This document shows, in pieces, positions 1 through 12,479 of a stretch of DNA of 64,000 bases (position 1 is its first letter; every line of letters starts with the position of its first letter). The stretch lies in NCBI RefSeq assembly GCF_006345805.1, contig NC_042998.1, positions 172,980,001-173,044,000 on the forward strand, given 5' to 3'. The DNA is from Octopus sinensis (Eukaryota). Under the pieces are notes generated by a model. It searched no databases, was not told the origin of the DNA, and saw only the letters and a list, made by a program, of their open reading frames with translations. The translations under genes and the position numbers were made by a program.

Positions 1-213
1 TTTAGGGTAGCAAAAAATTCAATAGAAATTTATCGCTACCAGCGGCCTAGTGGAAAAGAGAAAATAGTCAAAGACTAAATATATAAATATAACAATTTAG
101 GAGTGACCTTAACAGGCCATTCGTCCACCAGAAAGAGCAGCCATAACTCACACCGCCAAGTAGTAGTAATTCAGAAATTAGGTGAAAATTTAAAAACATT
201 TACCCTAATTCAT

Positions 214-313
214 CTTTTAGACGATGCATCGTTTCTGTGTTATTAATGATTAAATTAGCTTAATTAAATTAAATTAAGCTAATCTACCATAGGTCACACT
301 TCATCAGTAAAAA
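214..313 (-). ncRNA. Type I hammerhead ribozyme motif (mirror copy in left palindrome arm)
   Basis: Exact reverse complement of 631-730. Confidence 0.7.
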
Positions 314-630
314 ACCTGGGAGAGACAAATATACACGAGGCGTCTGTATCGATGCCTCCGGAATATCTGTCTTAAAATTTTCAAGACCGACGTATTCGCG
401 CCAAACTTATCAGCAGTAAATATAACCTGCCGATTCAATCTCAGAATTATTCAGAAAATTATCAATTAAATTGACTAATTGATAATTTTCTGAATAATTC
501 TGAGATTGAATCGGCAGGTTATATTTACTGCTGATAAGTTTGGCGCGAATACGTCGGTCTTGAAAATTTTAAGACAGATATTCCGGAGGCATCGATACAG
601 ACGCCTCGTGTATATTTGTCTCTCCCAGGT

Positions 631-730
631 TTTTTACTGATGAAGTGTGACCTATGGTAGATTAGCTTAATTTAATTTAATTAAGCTAATTTAATCATTA
701 ATAACACAGAAACGATGCATCGTCTAAAAG
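631..730 (+). ncRNA. Type I hammerhead ribozyme motif with long helix II
   Basis: TTTTTA-CTGATGA(637)-extended helix II (gtgt/acac, atggt/atcat, 12-bp hairpin 661-690)-GAAA(709)-C GATGCATC GTC(724)-TAAAAG. Helix I 6 bp; helix III ACGATGCATCGT is a perfect palindrome; A-A mismatch at 10.1/11.1. Confidence 0.7.
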
Positions 731-1354
731 ATGAATTAGGGTAAATGTTTTTAAATTTTCACCTAATTTCTGAATTACTACTACTTGGCGGTGTGAGTTA
801 TGGCTGCTCTTTCTGGTGGACGAATGGCCTGTTAAGGTCAGTCCTAAATTGTTATATATAGATATATATATATATATATATATACACGCACAGAGGGAGA
901 GAGACAAAAATGCAATAAACACATAGTTAATTAGATCGACATTACACTTACATAGGTGGGTCTGTCTATTTAAATTGAAACTGCAACGCTTTCAACAAAA
1001 CTTTTAATCGTCTGAGAAATGAAGAAACCACTTTTACCATAAATCAAAATTAACTTCGTTTTGAGTAACATAGGCTATGGATTGGAAAAAATCAGTACTT
1101 TCTTCTTTTTTTTTTTGTTTTAATAAAAACACACAGACAAAAAAAGATTTCATTTAAAATGAAACAAGTTTATGAAAGCAGAATGTAATTAATTCTGATA
1201 CGGATTCAGCAGATTTTCATCGCGAAATTGCGTGAGGGTGAGATAAATTCTCGGAAAAGTTAACACAATTTCTTCCAGGCGTGCTTTATAAATATTAATA
1301 TTCGAACTTATGAATATGAATGCGCAAAGACGCGCATGTCTTTCTGTCTGTATG

Positions 1355-1389
<35 letters not shown>

Positions 1390-1671
1390 GTAGGTTATGT
1401 AGGTGTATGTAGGTGTGTGTATTTACACTATTAATATTTATAAGCTTCACTTTGATGAAAGTTTCCACAATTCCATATGACTTCTGCTTACATGCAGTTC
1501 CCAACTGAAAACCTCCTTAGTCGTAAATTAGAATTAATTTCGTTTTTGCGACCGACCTCGGTTCATTTTAATGATTTGAATTTTGATGACATAGCGTCCT
1601 AAATTTTCTAGAGTACCCCACACCCCAACAAGAAAAATAATGCATTTCGACTCTCCGACTGTTGAATTATC

Positions 1672-1762
<91 letters not shown>

Positions 1763-1780
1763 TAATAATAATAATAATAA
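1672..1780. repeat. (AAT)n microsatellite
   Basis: Directly visible. Confidence 0.95.
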
Positions 1781-2062
1781 CCAGTGGTTAGGGCAGCGGA
1801 CTCACGGTCGGAGTATCGCGGTTTCGATTCCCAGACCGGGCGTGGTCTGTATTCATTGAGCGAAAACATCTAAAGTTCCACGAGGCTCCGGCGGAGACTC
1901 CTGTTGTACTCTTTCACCCCAACTTTCTCTCACTCTTTCTTCCTGTTTCTTGAGTAGGGCTGCGATGGACTTGCGTCCCGTCCCGCTGGGGGGAACACAT
2001 ACGCCACAGAAACCGGGAAACCGGGTCCATGAGCCTGGCTAGGCTTGAAAAGGGCGCATAAA
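1781..2062 (+). mobile_element. tRNA-derived SINE (same head as 25323 family, different 3' module), slightly 5'-truncated
   Basis: CCAGTGGTTAGGGCAGCGGACTC...GGTTTCGATTCCCAGACCGGG head and body match 25323/52261/63310; the sequence diverges after TTCCTGTTTCT and ends in an AAT-rich tail. Confidence 0.85.
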
Positions 2063-2212
2063 TAATAATAAAAATAAAAATAATTATTATTGTTGATGTT
2101 GTTGCTGTTGACCATGTTTTCGTTGCCGTTGTTATTAAAGTATAGAACTGCCTATATTTTCATAGCAAAGTTTCCGGAAGAAACAAATCGAGAGAACTTC
2201 AGTTGTAGTTTC

Positions 2213-2611
2213 ACGCTGAAGACGCTCGACCTTTATTCTCTAGAAAAACGACGCCGCCGTGGTGATCTCATTCTTGCTCACAACATCATAAGCGGAAAGT
2301 GTATCCTCTCGAAAGAGCTGTTCTTCACTCCTGCTCCAGAGCGTCGGCTGCGGGGTCACTCCGAAAAGCTCTATCTGCGACGATTTCATTTCAAGCGAAG
2401 GAGAAGGGCTTTCTCCGTCCGGGTTGCGGATCCATGGAATAAGCTGCCGGACGAGATAGTGAAGATACCGACGACCGCTCGGTTCAAAGTCTCTCTTGGC
2501 CAGAAATGGCCTGAACTCTTTGCATGAACACCCTCCCTGTACATAACTCCATGTCCCCCTACATGGCCTTGCTTTTTGCTTTTTGAGCCAAAAAAATTAA
2601 CTTAACTTAAC
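2213..2611 (+). mobile_element. CR1-group LINE, 5'-truncated 3' end (ORF2 C-terminus, 3'UTR, (TTAAC)n tail)
   Basis: LYSLEKRRRRGDLI...RGHSEKL...FSVRVADPWNKLP motifs typical of the CR1/L2-group ORF2 C-terminus; stop at 2525-2527. Confidence 0.85.
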
Positions 2612-2711
2612 ACACACACACCACACACACACACACACACATACGCACAGACAAACACACACACACAAACACACACACATACTCACACACAAATGCCATC
2701 ACACATAACAG

Positions 2712-3000
2712 GCTTTACGTCAGATACGCCGGTCAGAGTTCCAGTTGATTCCCGTCAACAGAACAGCCTGCTCGTGAAATTAGCGTGCAAGTGGCTGAGC
2801 ACTCCAGAAACACGTGTACCCTTATCGTAGTTTTCAGTGATATCCCACGAGACACAGGATGTAACAAGCTTTGCTCTTTGAAATACAGGTATTTGGCAGC
2901 TGAATGAACTGGAATAACGTGAAATAAAGTGTCTTGCTCAAGGACACAACGCGCCGGTGGATTTCGTGAGTCGAATGTCCTAACCACTAGGTCGAGCACT
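2712..3000 (-). mobile_element. Degenerate SINE sharing the 3' tail of the 25323 family but with a different 5' part
   Basis: GAACAGCCTGCTCGTGAAATTA.CGTGCAAGTGGCTGAGCACTCCA...ACGTGTACCCTTA matches the reverse-complemented tail; upstream part TCTTGCTCAAGGACACAAC differs. Confidence 0.7.
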
Positions 3001-3129
3001 CACCGCATACTCATACAGACATACACGTATCTATAGATACACTCATTCACATATGCATGCATATAAATGTGTACATACATACATTCACCCACACGCGCGC
3101 GTACATATTTATATTAGGAAGTTAATATG

Positions 3130-3830
3130 TCATGCTCGGTCCTAGAGTGACCACTGGTGTCGGAACTATAAAGCACTTACCAGTGTAGACGACTGGTCAG
3201 GCCCAAATAGCTGAAGCGCATAACCTCTCTACAACTGGAGGAAGAAATACGTAACGGTCAGTTGGTTTTGCAAACTAAAAAATAATCGTTTGTGCTGCAA
3301 GCAGTGCGAAGTTATCTCCCTTACATCTGCTCTGGCCGTGGTGGTATTTGAAGTAGCTGTGGCGGGACAATTCCACAATGGGGAATTCCAAGCCTAAAGT
3401 AAGAAAGTAAGAAACGTCTCTGATGAGATCAGTGCGCCTCTACATAATCCCGAAAACTACTGTCTGTCGAGTATTATAGAGTTATACGATCTCAGCTATC
3501 CAGATCATACTTCAGATGTGGAATTCTCCATTCGTTGAATAACCCCGCTGCAGCACCTTCGAATACCACAATGGCCGTATTTAGCCTCCAGAGAAGTCAA
3601 CACCTAGCAACGTCACAGCAAGACGTATACCTCTGAATACTATGAGACTGGGTATCTAAGTGCATCACTGGTACAAGTTCGGTCATTTCAGTCTGCCTTG
3701 TTCCTGATACAAGAAGTCATGTGTCACAAAAAAGTCTGGTCATACGGTGCAGCCTGACAATATTCTATGCCCAGGGTATGCCATCTCATGAACTTCTTAG
3801 ACTAATAAACAGACACGTAATCTGACACTG
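3130..3830 (-). mobile_element. Highly degenerate CR1-like LINE 3' fragment
   Basis: Minus-strand fragments RIPHLKYDL (cf. RPHLEY) and AWNSPL (cf. WNSLP) in the expected order; many stops. Confidence 0.45.
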
Positions 3831-4527
3831 CTAAAATTGGTGTGTTATGCATCTCTGCGACAATGAAATACCGCGATTCCCATGGTTTTCTCAGGCGTGA
3901 AGGCATATATTCCAAATATTGTTTGCGTGGCAGTCTCTCTATCTCTCTCTCTCGCTCTCCTTTCTCTCTCGTTTTGGTTATTTTTGAAATTGAAGTCCCA
4001 AAAAGTTGTGTGTGTGAGTGTCTGTAAGTGCGTACGCATGCGCACTCACTCTCTCACAAAGATGTATATAAGTATTAGTGTATATGTTGATGTGTTTAAT
4101 GACCTAGATACCAATTTGTATACATTAATTTAAAGAGATCCTTATCCAAATCGCTATCAATTATACAAAACAGTAAAATCACACAGAGGTGGTTCAGTAA
4201 ATAGATTAAAATCGCTCTAGCAATTAGAGATGAAAGCAGAGCTCATTGAATCCTTGATTAAAAGGTCGACAGTTCGTATCAAGTATAAAAAACCTTAAAT
4301 TTTGATTTGTTGACTTTGTTATTGAAAGGTATCGTAGGTGAGTTATACAATTTCATCTTAATCGTATTTATGATTGAACAATGTTGCATTTCCTTTTCTA
4401 AACTGCGTTTCTGACACGGGTATAATTCGAAATGAATTCGATCCATTCCGAAAGATGAAACGTAAAGTCGAACTGCGAGAGGTCTAAATCCTGCTTCGCT
4501 GAATATATCTTATATTTTTAAGTATAG

Positions 4528-4589
<62 letters not shown>

Positions 4590-4594
<5 letters not shown>

Positions 4595-5140
4595 ATAATA
4601 AATATTAGGGAATAAATCCAAACTTACAGGGAAAAATCAGATTTAGGATTGAATCCAATTTTATAGTAAAAAATTATATTATATTAAATTAGAGATAAAA
4701 CCACTATTAGGCAAATCATACAATGAAAAACTTAAGCCAATACATAAGATTATTTAATTTATATTATTTAATATATAACAAAATTATTAAAAAAATATAA
4801 TTAATATCACACTACGATCGTTTCATGGCTGTTAATTTCTTTAAATTTTCGAGTTACAGTCATTCATCAGGTGGTTTAAATATTTATTATTATTATTAAT
4901 TTATATATATATATATATATATATAACAATACTGGGAGGATAAGAGACGGAACGAAGCGACGAATCGAACGAACCCGACGCGAAGCGCTGTCAGACAATA
5001 GTGTAATAAATAAAATATATGCATACATACAAACATATATGTACGTACCTACATCTACATGTATATATACATGCATATATAAATATATATACGTAAATAC
5101 AGGACACCACAAATAGACGTAGAACTCAACAGAAACGAAA
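4590..5140 (-). mobile_element. Probable PLE pseudo-LTR / non-autonomous fragment between (TA)n tracts
   Basis: Contains the minimal HHR at 4810-4873; flanked and interrupted by (TA)n. Boundaries approximate. Confidence 0.5.
4810..4873 (-). ncRNA. Minimal type I hammerhead ribozyme motif
   Basis: Minus strand CAC-CTGATGA-ATGACTGT...ACAGCCAT-GAAA-C GATC GTA-GTG. Helix I 3 bp; helix III ACGATCGT is a perfect palindrome; GUA site. Confidence 0.75.
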
Positions 5141-5837
5141 ACGGAAAAGCCATTTTTTTACAACAGAAAAACAGAGACGTGATATATATGTATCTGTAGG
5201 GTGTTCACATAATTCAAACGTCAAATCAATATTATCCCTTTATGTAGCGATATTTAAATCTTGCCTGACGGATTAAATTCATGATATAAGAGGTAGAATT
5301 TTAACTTTTGTAAACGTCTTGAAATTTATTTGGTTAAAGAATACACATAACTACATTAGAAAATGATAGCTTACAGACATTATAGGATGTTAATTTATAG
5401 ATTTTTATAATTGACATTTATAATATAAAAGAAAGATTAAATTTAAAAGTAATTTGAAAACTGTAAATCTTCCCATTAAAAGATTGCACGTCCGTTTGGA
5501 AGATACTTTGCAATATTCGACCGGACATTTTTCCTCGGTGCCTTAATATGTTTACATTAGCAAATCTCTGTGGAAATTACGATAATACGTATAAACTCTT
5601 CACCTTTCCGCTAATGCTTGGTATTTATTTTGTCATACCAACTACATTGTCTCTGTTTTTTCTACAGAAAGCATAACCTTTTAAATATGTACATAATAAT
5701 TTGTCAATTGGTTTCTCACATTTGATGCACACAGAAACAAACAAAAACGTGTGCGCGTGAACAGACACCAGGAAGTTGTCTGAATTAATAAAAGGTAATA
5801 TGTGTGTATGTGTTAGGATATGTGTGGATTTTCTATG

Positions 5838-5876
<39 letters not shown>

Positions 5877-6224
5877 AAATATATATACATAAATACATAC
5901 ATAGACACAGATACCTATATATAAAGTGATACATGGGTCTCTTGGACTTACATGTAGTATTCACATAGTCTACAGCTACCTCTGAACTATATCTCTCACG
6001 CGTAACTATTAACTGTCTGTATCTAGAACAAAAGGCATATTATAGAGAGTAATGAAATTACGTATGACTCCACAGTCAATGATTCAATGTTATTTTTTCC
6101 CCATATCCAAACCTAAGTAGTGAGTAACATTCACTTTCACAAGCGACAAAAGCAGTATCAGAACTGCAAAGATTGTTTTTACAGACTTGGGGCAAGTCGA
6201 AGTTTGGTTAGATTAATCCGGTTT

Positions 6225-6350
6225 ATGTTCAGTATTGAACATGTCCAGATATTTGTACATTATTGCATATATGCATATATGCATATGCGCACTTTTGACA
6301 AGTGATGCACCTGAGCACTGTATACAATAATTTCATTATTATTATTATTT
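6225..6350 (+). mobile_element. Possible retroposon 3' tail ending in (ATT)n
   Basis: ...TGATGCACCTGAGCACTGTATACAATAATTTC(ATT)n; resemblance to a cephalopod repeat tail is recalled, not verified. Confidence 0.3.
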
Positions 6351-6599
6351 TAAAAAGAAAATGTTAGAGTGGAAAAATTCCAGAAGTTTATAGTTATATA
6401 GGAAAACAACTCGCTAAAGTGTTTGCTACGCTGTCAAATAAGGGATTCGCAGAGAAGAAAACATAATGAGGAGAGATATGCAGTTGCTTAATTCGGATGA
6501 GTAAACGATATGGCAGTGTTGAGGCCGGCCAACTGAGAGACAATGATTGTTGTTAATTAGTGGATAATCTGCAGACACAGTGATTGTTGTTAATTATCT

Positions 6600-7060
6600 G
6601 CTAATCTCTAGAATTACCTACTTTTTGGAGGCGACTTACAATGATTGCATGCTCAACCATACTGACTTATATATGCGAGTAGTGATCTAATATAAATTTT
6701 AGTTGAATGATCCACGCTGTCCTGGAGATAAGAGTAACAAGAAGACTCGTGTGCGATTGTTTCTTGACCAGGCACGTGGAGTTTTGTTTTTGGAAGTAGC
6801 CCATACTGGAATGTGTATCTTCTTGGGTATGTACGTGCGTATATGTGTTGTAACAAAAGATTTGTGAACGTTGTGTAAATATTACTGCAAAAGGGTGCAA
6901 ATTTGCTTCTTGTAGGAAACCAACAATTGTTCAATGACGAAATAGTGTTCTTCATATTCTAGAAATAACCATATATTTGGAAAACAAAGCCTCGTATTGT
7001 TATAGATCTAGGATTATTATGAAAGTTTCTCAGCGGAAGCTCTCCAGTATCAATAAATTA
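6600..7060 (-). mobile_element. Possible degenerate PLE GIY-YIG remnant
   Basis: Minus-strand STKIYIRSLLAYISQYG loosely resembles the NLIY...YIGQT motif; very decayed. Confidence 0.25.
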
Positions 7061-7368
7061 TGTGATGGTTGTTTTTGTAAGTTTCTGTTTAAGCTGAATT
7101 TAACCTTGCTTAAATAAAACTTTTATTAAACTTTCATTTTTTTTTCCTGACATAAACATTCAGATATTTTTCATGACATCTAGAAATATTTTATTTCATA
7201 TCCCTTACTTTGTTTAGCTTGCCAGAGCTTGATTTGATGGATATGTAGCTATTGAATCTACCACTTGGATTGATAACATTGTGAGTCCTTGCTGACTGGT
7301 AATATGAAGATCTTAGCAACATATAATTCATATTAATCTGGCAGCAAATTAGAAAATAAATGTTAAAA

Positions 7369-8589
7369 TACGAGGGTAAGTCAAACCTTATCCGCACTTT
7401 AATGCTTTGAGCTGTGATAAAACGTGTTACTTTTGTGGTTATGCAACAGAGGTTTGACCGTGATAGCTCAAGTTTTCTCTCTTGTGATACAGAGTAAATA
7501 TGGCTACCCCGCTGGCAATATGCATCAAGAAAGAACAGAGAGTAGTGATCCGATTTCTATTGTCTGAAAATGTATCCAGGACTGAAATTCAACGCAGGCT
7601 TGCAGTACAATATGGGTGTAGCATTCTAAAGCGTAGAAGTGTGTATGGGTGGATCGCGAAGTTTTAAAATGGCCGGAAAAACGTGAAGCAATAAGAGGGA
7701 ACAGAATGTCCCTCCTTCCCTACCACTGGCATGAAGATTCAACGAGCTCGAGAAGTTGTTCTGGTGAATTAATGAGTGGCCATCGACGAGGTGGCATGCT
7801 TTCTACAAATTAGTCATAGTTCTGCATATGAAATTATCACGCCTCCGTAAAGTCTCTGCGCGATAAATGCCAAGAGACTTTACCCAAGTGCATTAGCGCA
7901 AACTTGTGGAGATCTGTTAATGCTTACACGACCGCTACAACTATGAGGGCGAAGCATTTTTGTAGAAAATTAATCACGGTGGATGAGTGTCGGATATAGG
8001 ATTTTCAGTAAGAAACCAAAAGGCAGAGTATGAAGAAGGAACACACGGAATCGCTAGCGAGAAAGAAATTCAAGACTCAACCTTCCACACAAAAAGTGAT
8101 GCTAACGAGAACATTACCTGGAAAAGGGGTCTACAGTCATCAGTGTTGGCTATAATGAAATGCTGTCCAAGAAACTGAAACTAGCAATTCTTAACAGACG
8201 CCGAGGTCTATCGTCAAAGCAAATGTTATTGTTGCACGACTAGGTACGCCCATATATGGCCGTTCACAACGCTGAAATTATTTTAAAAATTGGATCTCGA
8301 GTTGCTGGATTACCCTGCACAGAGTCCAGATCTGGTCCCATTAGGCCGCTCAGACATTTACAAGATCGTCGATTTACTAGCAACGAAGTAGCGCAGGGAG
8401 CAGTGCATAAATAGCTGCTGGAATAGCCGAAAATATGTTTCTCCGATGCAATAAGCAAGTTTGTTTGACCGCTGGAGGAAGTTCATCGAAAATCAAGGTG
8501 GCTACGTCGAAAGATCATGCACCAGTTCAACCCTGCACTTGTTTAAATAAACTACAGAAAGATTGTGTGTAACTTTTGACTTAATCTAG
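7369..8589 (+). mobile_element. Full-length but decayed mariner transposon
   Basis: TA-CGAGGGTAAGTCAAA left TIR and TTTTGACTTA remnant on the right. From ATG 7500: EQRVVIRFLLSE...EIQRRL..QYG; ITVDE; LLLHD*VRP; SPDLVP; multiple stops and frameshifts. Confidence 0.85.
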
Positions 8590-9298
8590 CAGAGGAGAAA
8601 AATCTGCTGTTTTGCTTCTCTGCATTTTGTTAGTTGCACGTTTTCTCAGATGTTATGACCAAAGTCACAACCAGCACTGTTTGAAATCAGACTGATCTGC
8701 TCCAAACATATGCCTGGAAACTGTTGGTGATTTACAATTTGTTCATGAATAGGAACAAAACATATATACAAAGAACTGAACCATATTTATAATAATGTAA
8801 CAACGTGAATACATTTTCACAGGATTATTTTTATGGTTCAGTTCTTTGTCAAGAGTTTAAATTATATTTCCTCTATATTTTTGGTAGTATGCACTTTAGG
8901 TATGACGCAAATATATAGAGACATCTAGTTTATACGTTATAAATATCTCTTAACTATGTTAAATTAGCAATGCGATGCATTTTGCATTACGATGTCATGT
9001 TTGGTACCACATGGAATTAGCTTTGGCGGCTAATCGGCAACTATTGCACAAGCATTTGGAGCAGAAGTCTAGATTATAATTTAGGCGTAAATATACGATG
9101 ACAATCAACTGGGAATTCCTAAATTGGTGAGAATATATCTAATACAAATTTGATAGAATAGGAAGTAAGCATGAGACTATTGCATTACAGAATGTAATTA
9201 TATAAAATGATATATGCATGTATGTATATATGTATGCATGAACGTATGATATATGTATGTATGATGTATGTATATATACATGTTTCTCTCTCTCTCTC

Positions 9299-9366
<68 letters not shown>

Positions 9367-9566
9367 ATAAAGAAGGAAATAAATGGAAATTTTACCGGTG
9401 GGCGTAAATTAAAAGGCACTAAAAGGGAATGACTCTCCCCAGACACAACAGAATCTGCTTCAATACACGAACTCACATAAAGTATCTTGCAAACAAACCA
9501 AATCCAAACACGAAATATATATATATATCTGTAAATGTAATATGAGACAATTATTCGGTAGCCATG

Positions 9567-9597
<31 letters not shown>

Positions 9598-9632
9598 ATA
9601 TATATATGTATATGCACATAATTATATATATA

Positions 9633-11017
9633 TTAGGGTTATGACTTTTTCACAACCTAATAACACTATACTATAATTCGATGAATAATTTTATAAAAGT
9701 TAGGAAAGTGACATTAATTTTTTTTATTTGAAAGAAATATGACCCCCAACTTAAAAAATCGATCACCAATTTTCACCCAAATCATGCAAAATTCTAGTGG
9801 GGTTCGTAACGTTTGCTCAAGTTTCTATCAAACCTGGTGTGCTTACTCAATGCAATGCAGAAATAGTATATCTGATATTTCATCCTTTGTATTTGAAGTA
9901 GTTTCGGAGTTATGGGTTGTTTAAACTATAATCATTAGGTGGCACTAGATTCCCCCTTCAGTATTTCCGTTGTATAAATCCTTGTAAACGCAAGGGAGAT
10001 GTGGAATAAAAATGTATTTTAGTGTATACATTTTAAAGATTACTCAATTGAAATTGATCTATGCAATGGTTCAAAACTAGGCTATTTTAAGACAGAGGCC
10101 ACAACAAGCATTCGATAACATAGGAAATTTTTTTAAAATGCATATTTTTTAACTTTATAGGTTTAATTCTAATTTTAAATAAGTGTATAAGAAAAAAGGG
10201 TGCTGAATGTTAGCAAAGTTTTAAACACAACCAAAACTTAATGTTTTGTTAGAACTTTAAGTTTTTCCTTTTTACAAACATCATACAAATCTTGAAGGCA
10301 CTTGATTGCCCGTTCTGCACTCTGAATTGTTCTGGAAATTTCCAGATTTGATGGTTCTTGACTCCAAAAGTTTTTTTTTATAGAATTCAATGCATTTTTA
10401 TGAATTTGTAGGCTACGGCATAACTTCTGATAATCACGTGCATTAAATATTTGGTGAGTAAACCAAAAATCTGTCCAACTATAAGAGATGAATCGACAAA
10501 CATTGAGAAGCAAAATTCTTTTCTCTGGTAGAAGAATAAATGCGAAAAGCACTAGTATTGCTCGAGAATTCCATCTTGCATTACTTAAGATGGATGTTTC
10601 TTAAAACTTTAAGCCTACTATTCTGAAAAACAGTTAATATAGTCAGAGTTTTAGCGTTACAGAAATTACAAGGAAAAGAAGAGGATATTTCGTAAAGTAG
10701 GACCTTAGTGGTAACAAATTGAAAACTTTATAACTCCTAAAGTACTTAAACTTGAAAGTTGAAATTTGAGATATACTGCTTCTGCATTGCACTAAGTCAG
10801 GTCACCAATTTTGGTAAGAACTTGAGTAGGCATTTTGAACGCCACTAATTTTGCATGATCTGGGTTAAAAGTGGTGTTAGATTTTTTCAGTTGGGGATAA
10901 AGTTTTTTTTTTAAAAAAACTTAAAATAAAGGTTACTTTCCCTACTTATACGGAAATTGTTCATCGACTTTTGATACCACAAATTGTTTACTTCCAAAAA
11001 ATCAAAAAGTCATAACC

Positions 11018-11021
<4 letters not shown>
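9633..11021. mobile_element. Non-autonomous DNA transposon with 18-bp TIRs and long imperfect subterminal inverted segments (hAT-like, possibly hATm)
   Basis: TTAGGGTTATGACTTTTT (9633) versus AAAAAGTCATAACCTTAA (11004-11021), 1 mismatch; about 9740-9920 is an inverted homologue of about 10730-10900; minus-strand ORF 10238-10552 ends TIQSAERAIK, like a transposase C-terminus. Superfamily is inferred. Confidence 0.7.
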
Positions 11022-11096
<75 letters not shown>

Positions 11097-11149
11097 ATAG
11101 AGAGAGAGAGAGAGAGAGAGAAAGCGAGAGAGGAGAGAGACATGTATGT

Positions 11150-11600
11150 ATATAGTTATGTCAGGTCACTTTCGAGTGCTACTGGTAACATGTAACCCAG
11201 TACAACCTGTTGCAAGGTCGGGTCGTCGGCGACTAAACCGGCAACCCCACCAAGCTTGCTTGGTGAGGACATAGAAATAATCGGACTGAATACCCGATCG
11301 CGCAGTTAAACCATTGAGAGTGAAGGACTCCTAGCCTTTGTTAGGGCATCCTTCTAGGAGAAGGTAACTCAGGTAACTGAGATAACTCCGACATAAAACC
11401 TGCGGCTCAGTGGTTACCGATGATGTTGACTTGTTCTTCTTTTCGGATTATGGCTGCTGTTGCTTAGTGAGTGGGATTGACTCAGTGCACAGCCTTTCCT
11501 CACTTTAAAAAAGAATCTTCTTGCACAGGCATTGCACGATAACAACATTGATTAAGCTTCGCGCAATGGCCATACTCGATAACGAGGGTCAGCCATCATA
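11150..11600 (+). mobile_element. GC-richer interspersed repeat, possibly related to an RTE 5'UTR
   Basis: Abrupt GC rise between microsatellites; GGAGAAGGTAACTC...TAAAACCTGCG resembles RTE 5' regions (recalled similarity only). Confidence 0.3.
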
Positions 11601-11639
11601 TAGTTATGTGATTGTCTATGTGTGAGCGTGTGCGAGTGG

Positions 11640-12300
11640 ATACTTCATATACATTTATATCTATATAAAGCTAAGAGCTTTTCGATTCTGTTAAGTCATA
11701 TATATATTGATATAGTCATATATGGCATTGATTCTAAAAGGAATGATGAGAATGACGATGTCCATGTAGGTCCAAATATACAATACTTACTATATTCATT
11801 CTTTTGAGTATATTAGGATGTCAAGGCTTTTATGCATGTAAGATAAAACAGAGGTTTTATGGATGCAGAACAAACGACTGCAAATTTCTATAGATGATTT
11901 TTGACGGATCAATTTTTTGAGTGATGTATTGCTTTCAGGGTGACATTGAGATCTCACTAACTTTCACCGTAACATTTTATAACCAAGTAATAGATGACTC
12001 GATAGATATTTTGATTCTGTAACAGAAATATGTTTACAGTTTCACTTGTAATTACATAGGGATGTTTGAAACAAACATTAATGCAAGGAATTAAAATTTT
12101 AATACAATTCTGTAATCTATATTTTCTTTCCAGACGTGTATGTAAAGAAATTTTATGAGTAGAAGAAACCCATCTCTCGGTTAATTTCCTTTTCTTGATT
12201 TCCACTTGTTCCTTTTCTATACTCGGGAGATATTTCTCTTTAATTTCATTTATGTTTAAGTGGTATATGTAACCAACCTCCAGCAATGTAATGTCAGCAG
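11640..12300 (-). mobile_element. Possible degenerate PLE RT remnant
   Basis: Minus-strand FKHPYVITSETVNIFL then CHPESNT...ICS loosely match the PLE RT HP.IKFT.E...FLD and HP...CS thumb motifs. Confidence 0.25.
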
Positions 12301-12479
12301 TAAAGTCATTAGCTTACAACATTAACAATAAAAGTTACTAATTTTACTGAGTTCGATGTTGTCCCCTCTAATTTAATATCTCTACTTATCAATACTCAAG
12401 TATTTTTTAATGTATGTAACTGTATACATAATAAGATATCATTAAACACAGTAGAAATTATACATGGGTAGAAAATCTT

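Larger units (their letters stand above)
87..857. repeat. Long near-perfect palindrome (382-bp arms, 7-nt spacer), probably an inverted Penelope-like pseudo-LTR insertion
   Basis: 87-468 is the reverse complement of 476-857, checked base by base: one mismatch (G103/G841), spacer AATTGAC. Each arm carries an HHR motif; the right flank runs into (TA)n. Confidence 0.95.

Noticed and set aside
3420-3465. CTGATGA...GAAA as a hammerhead
   Set aside because: No helix II, helix III or helix I complementarity; lies within a LINE relic.
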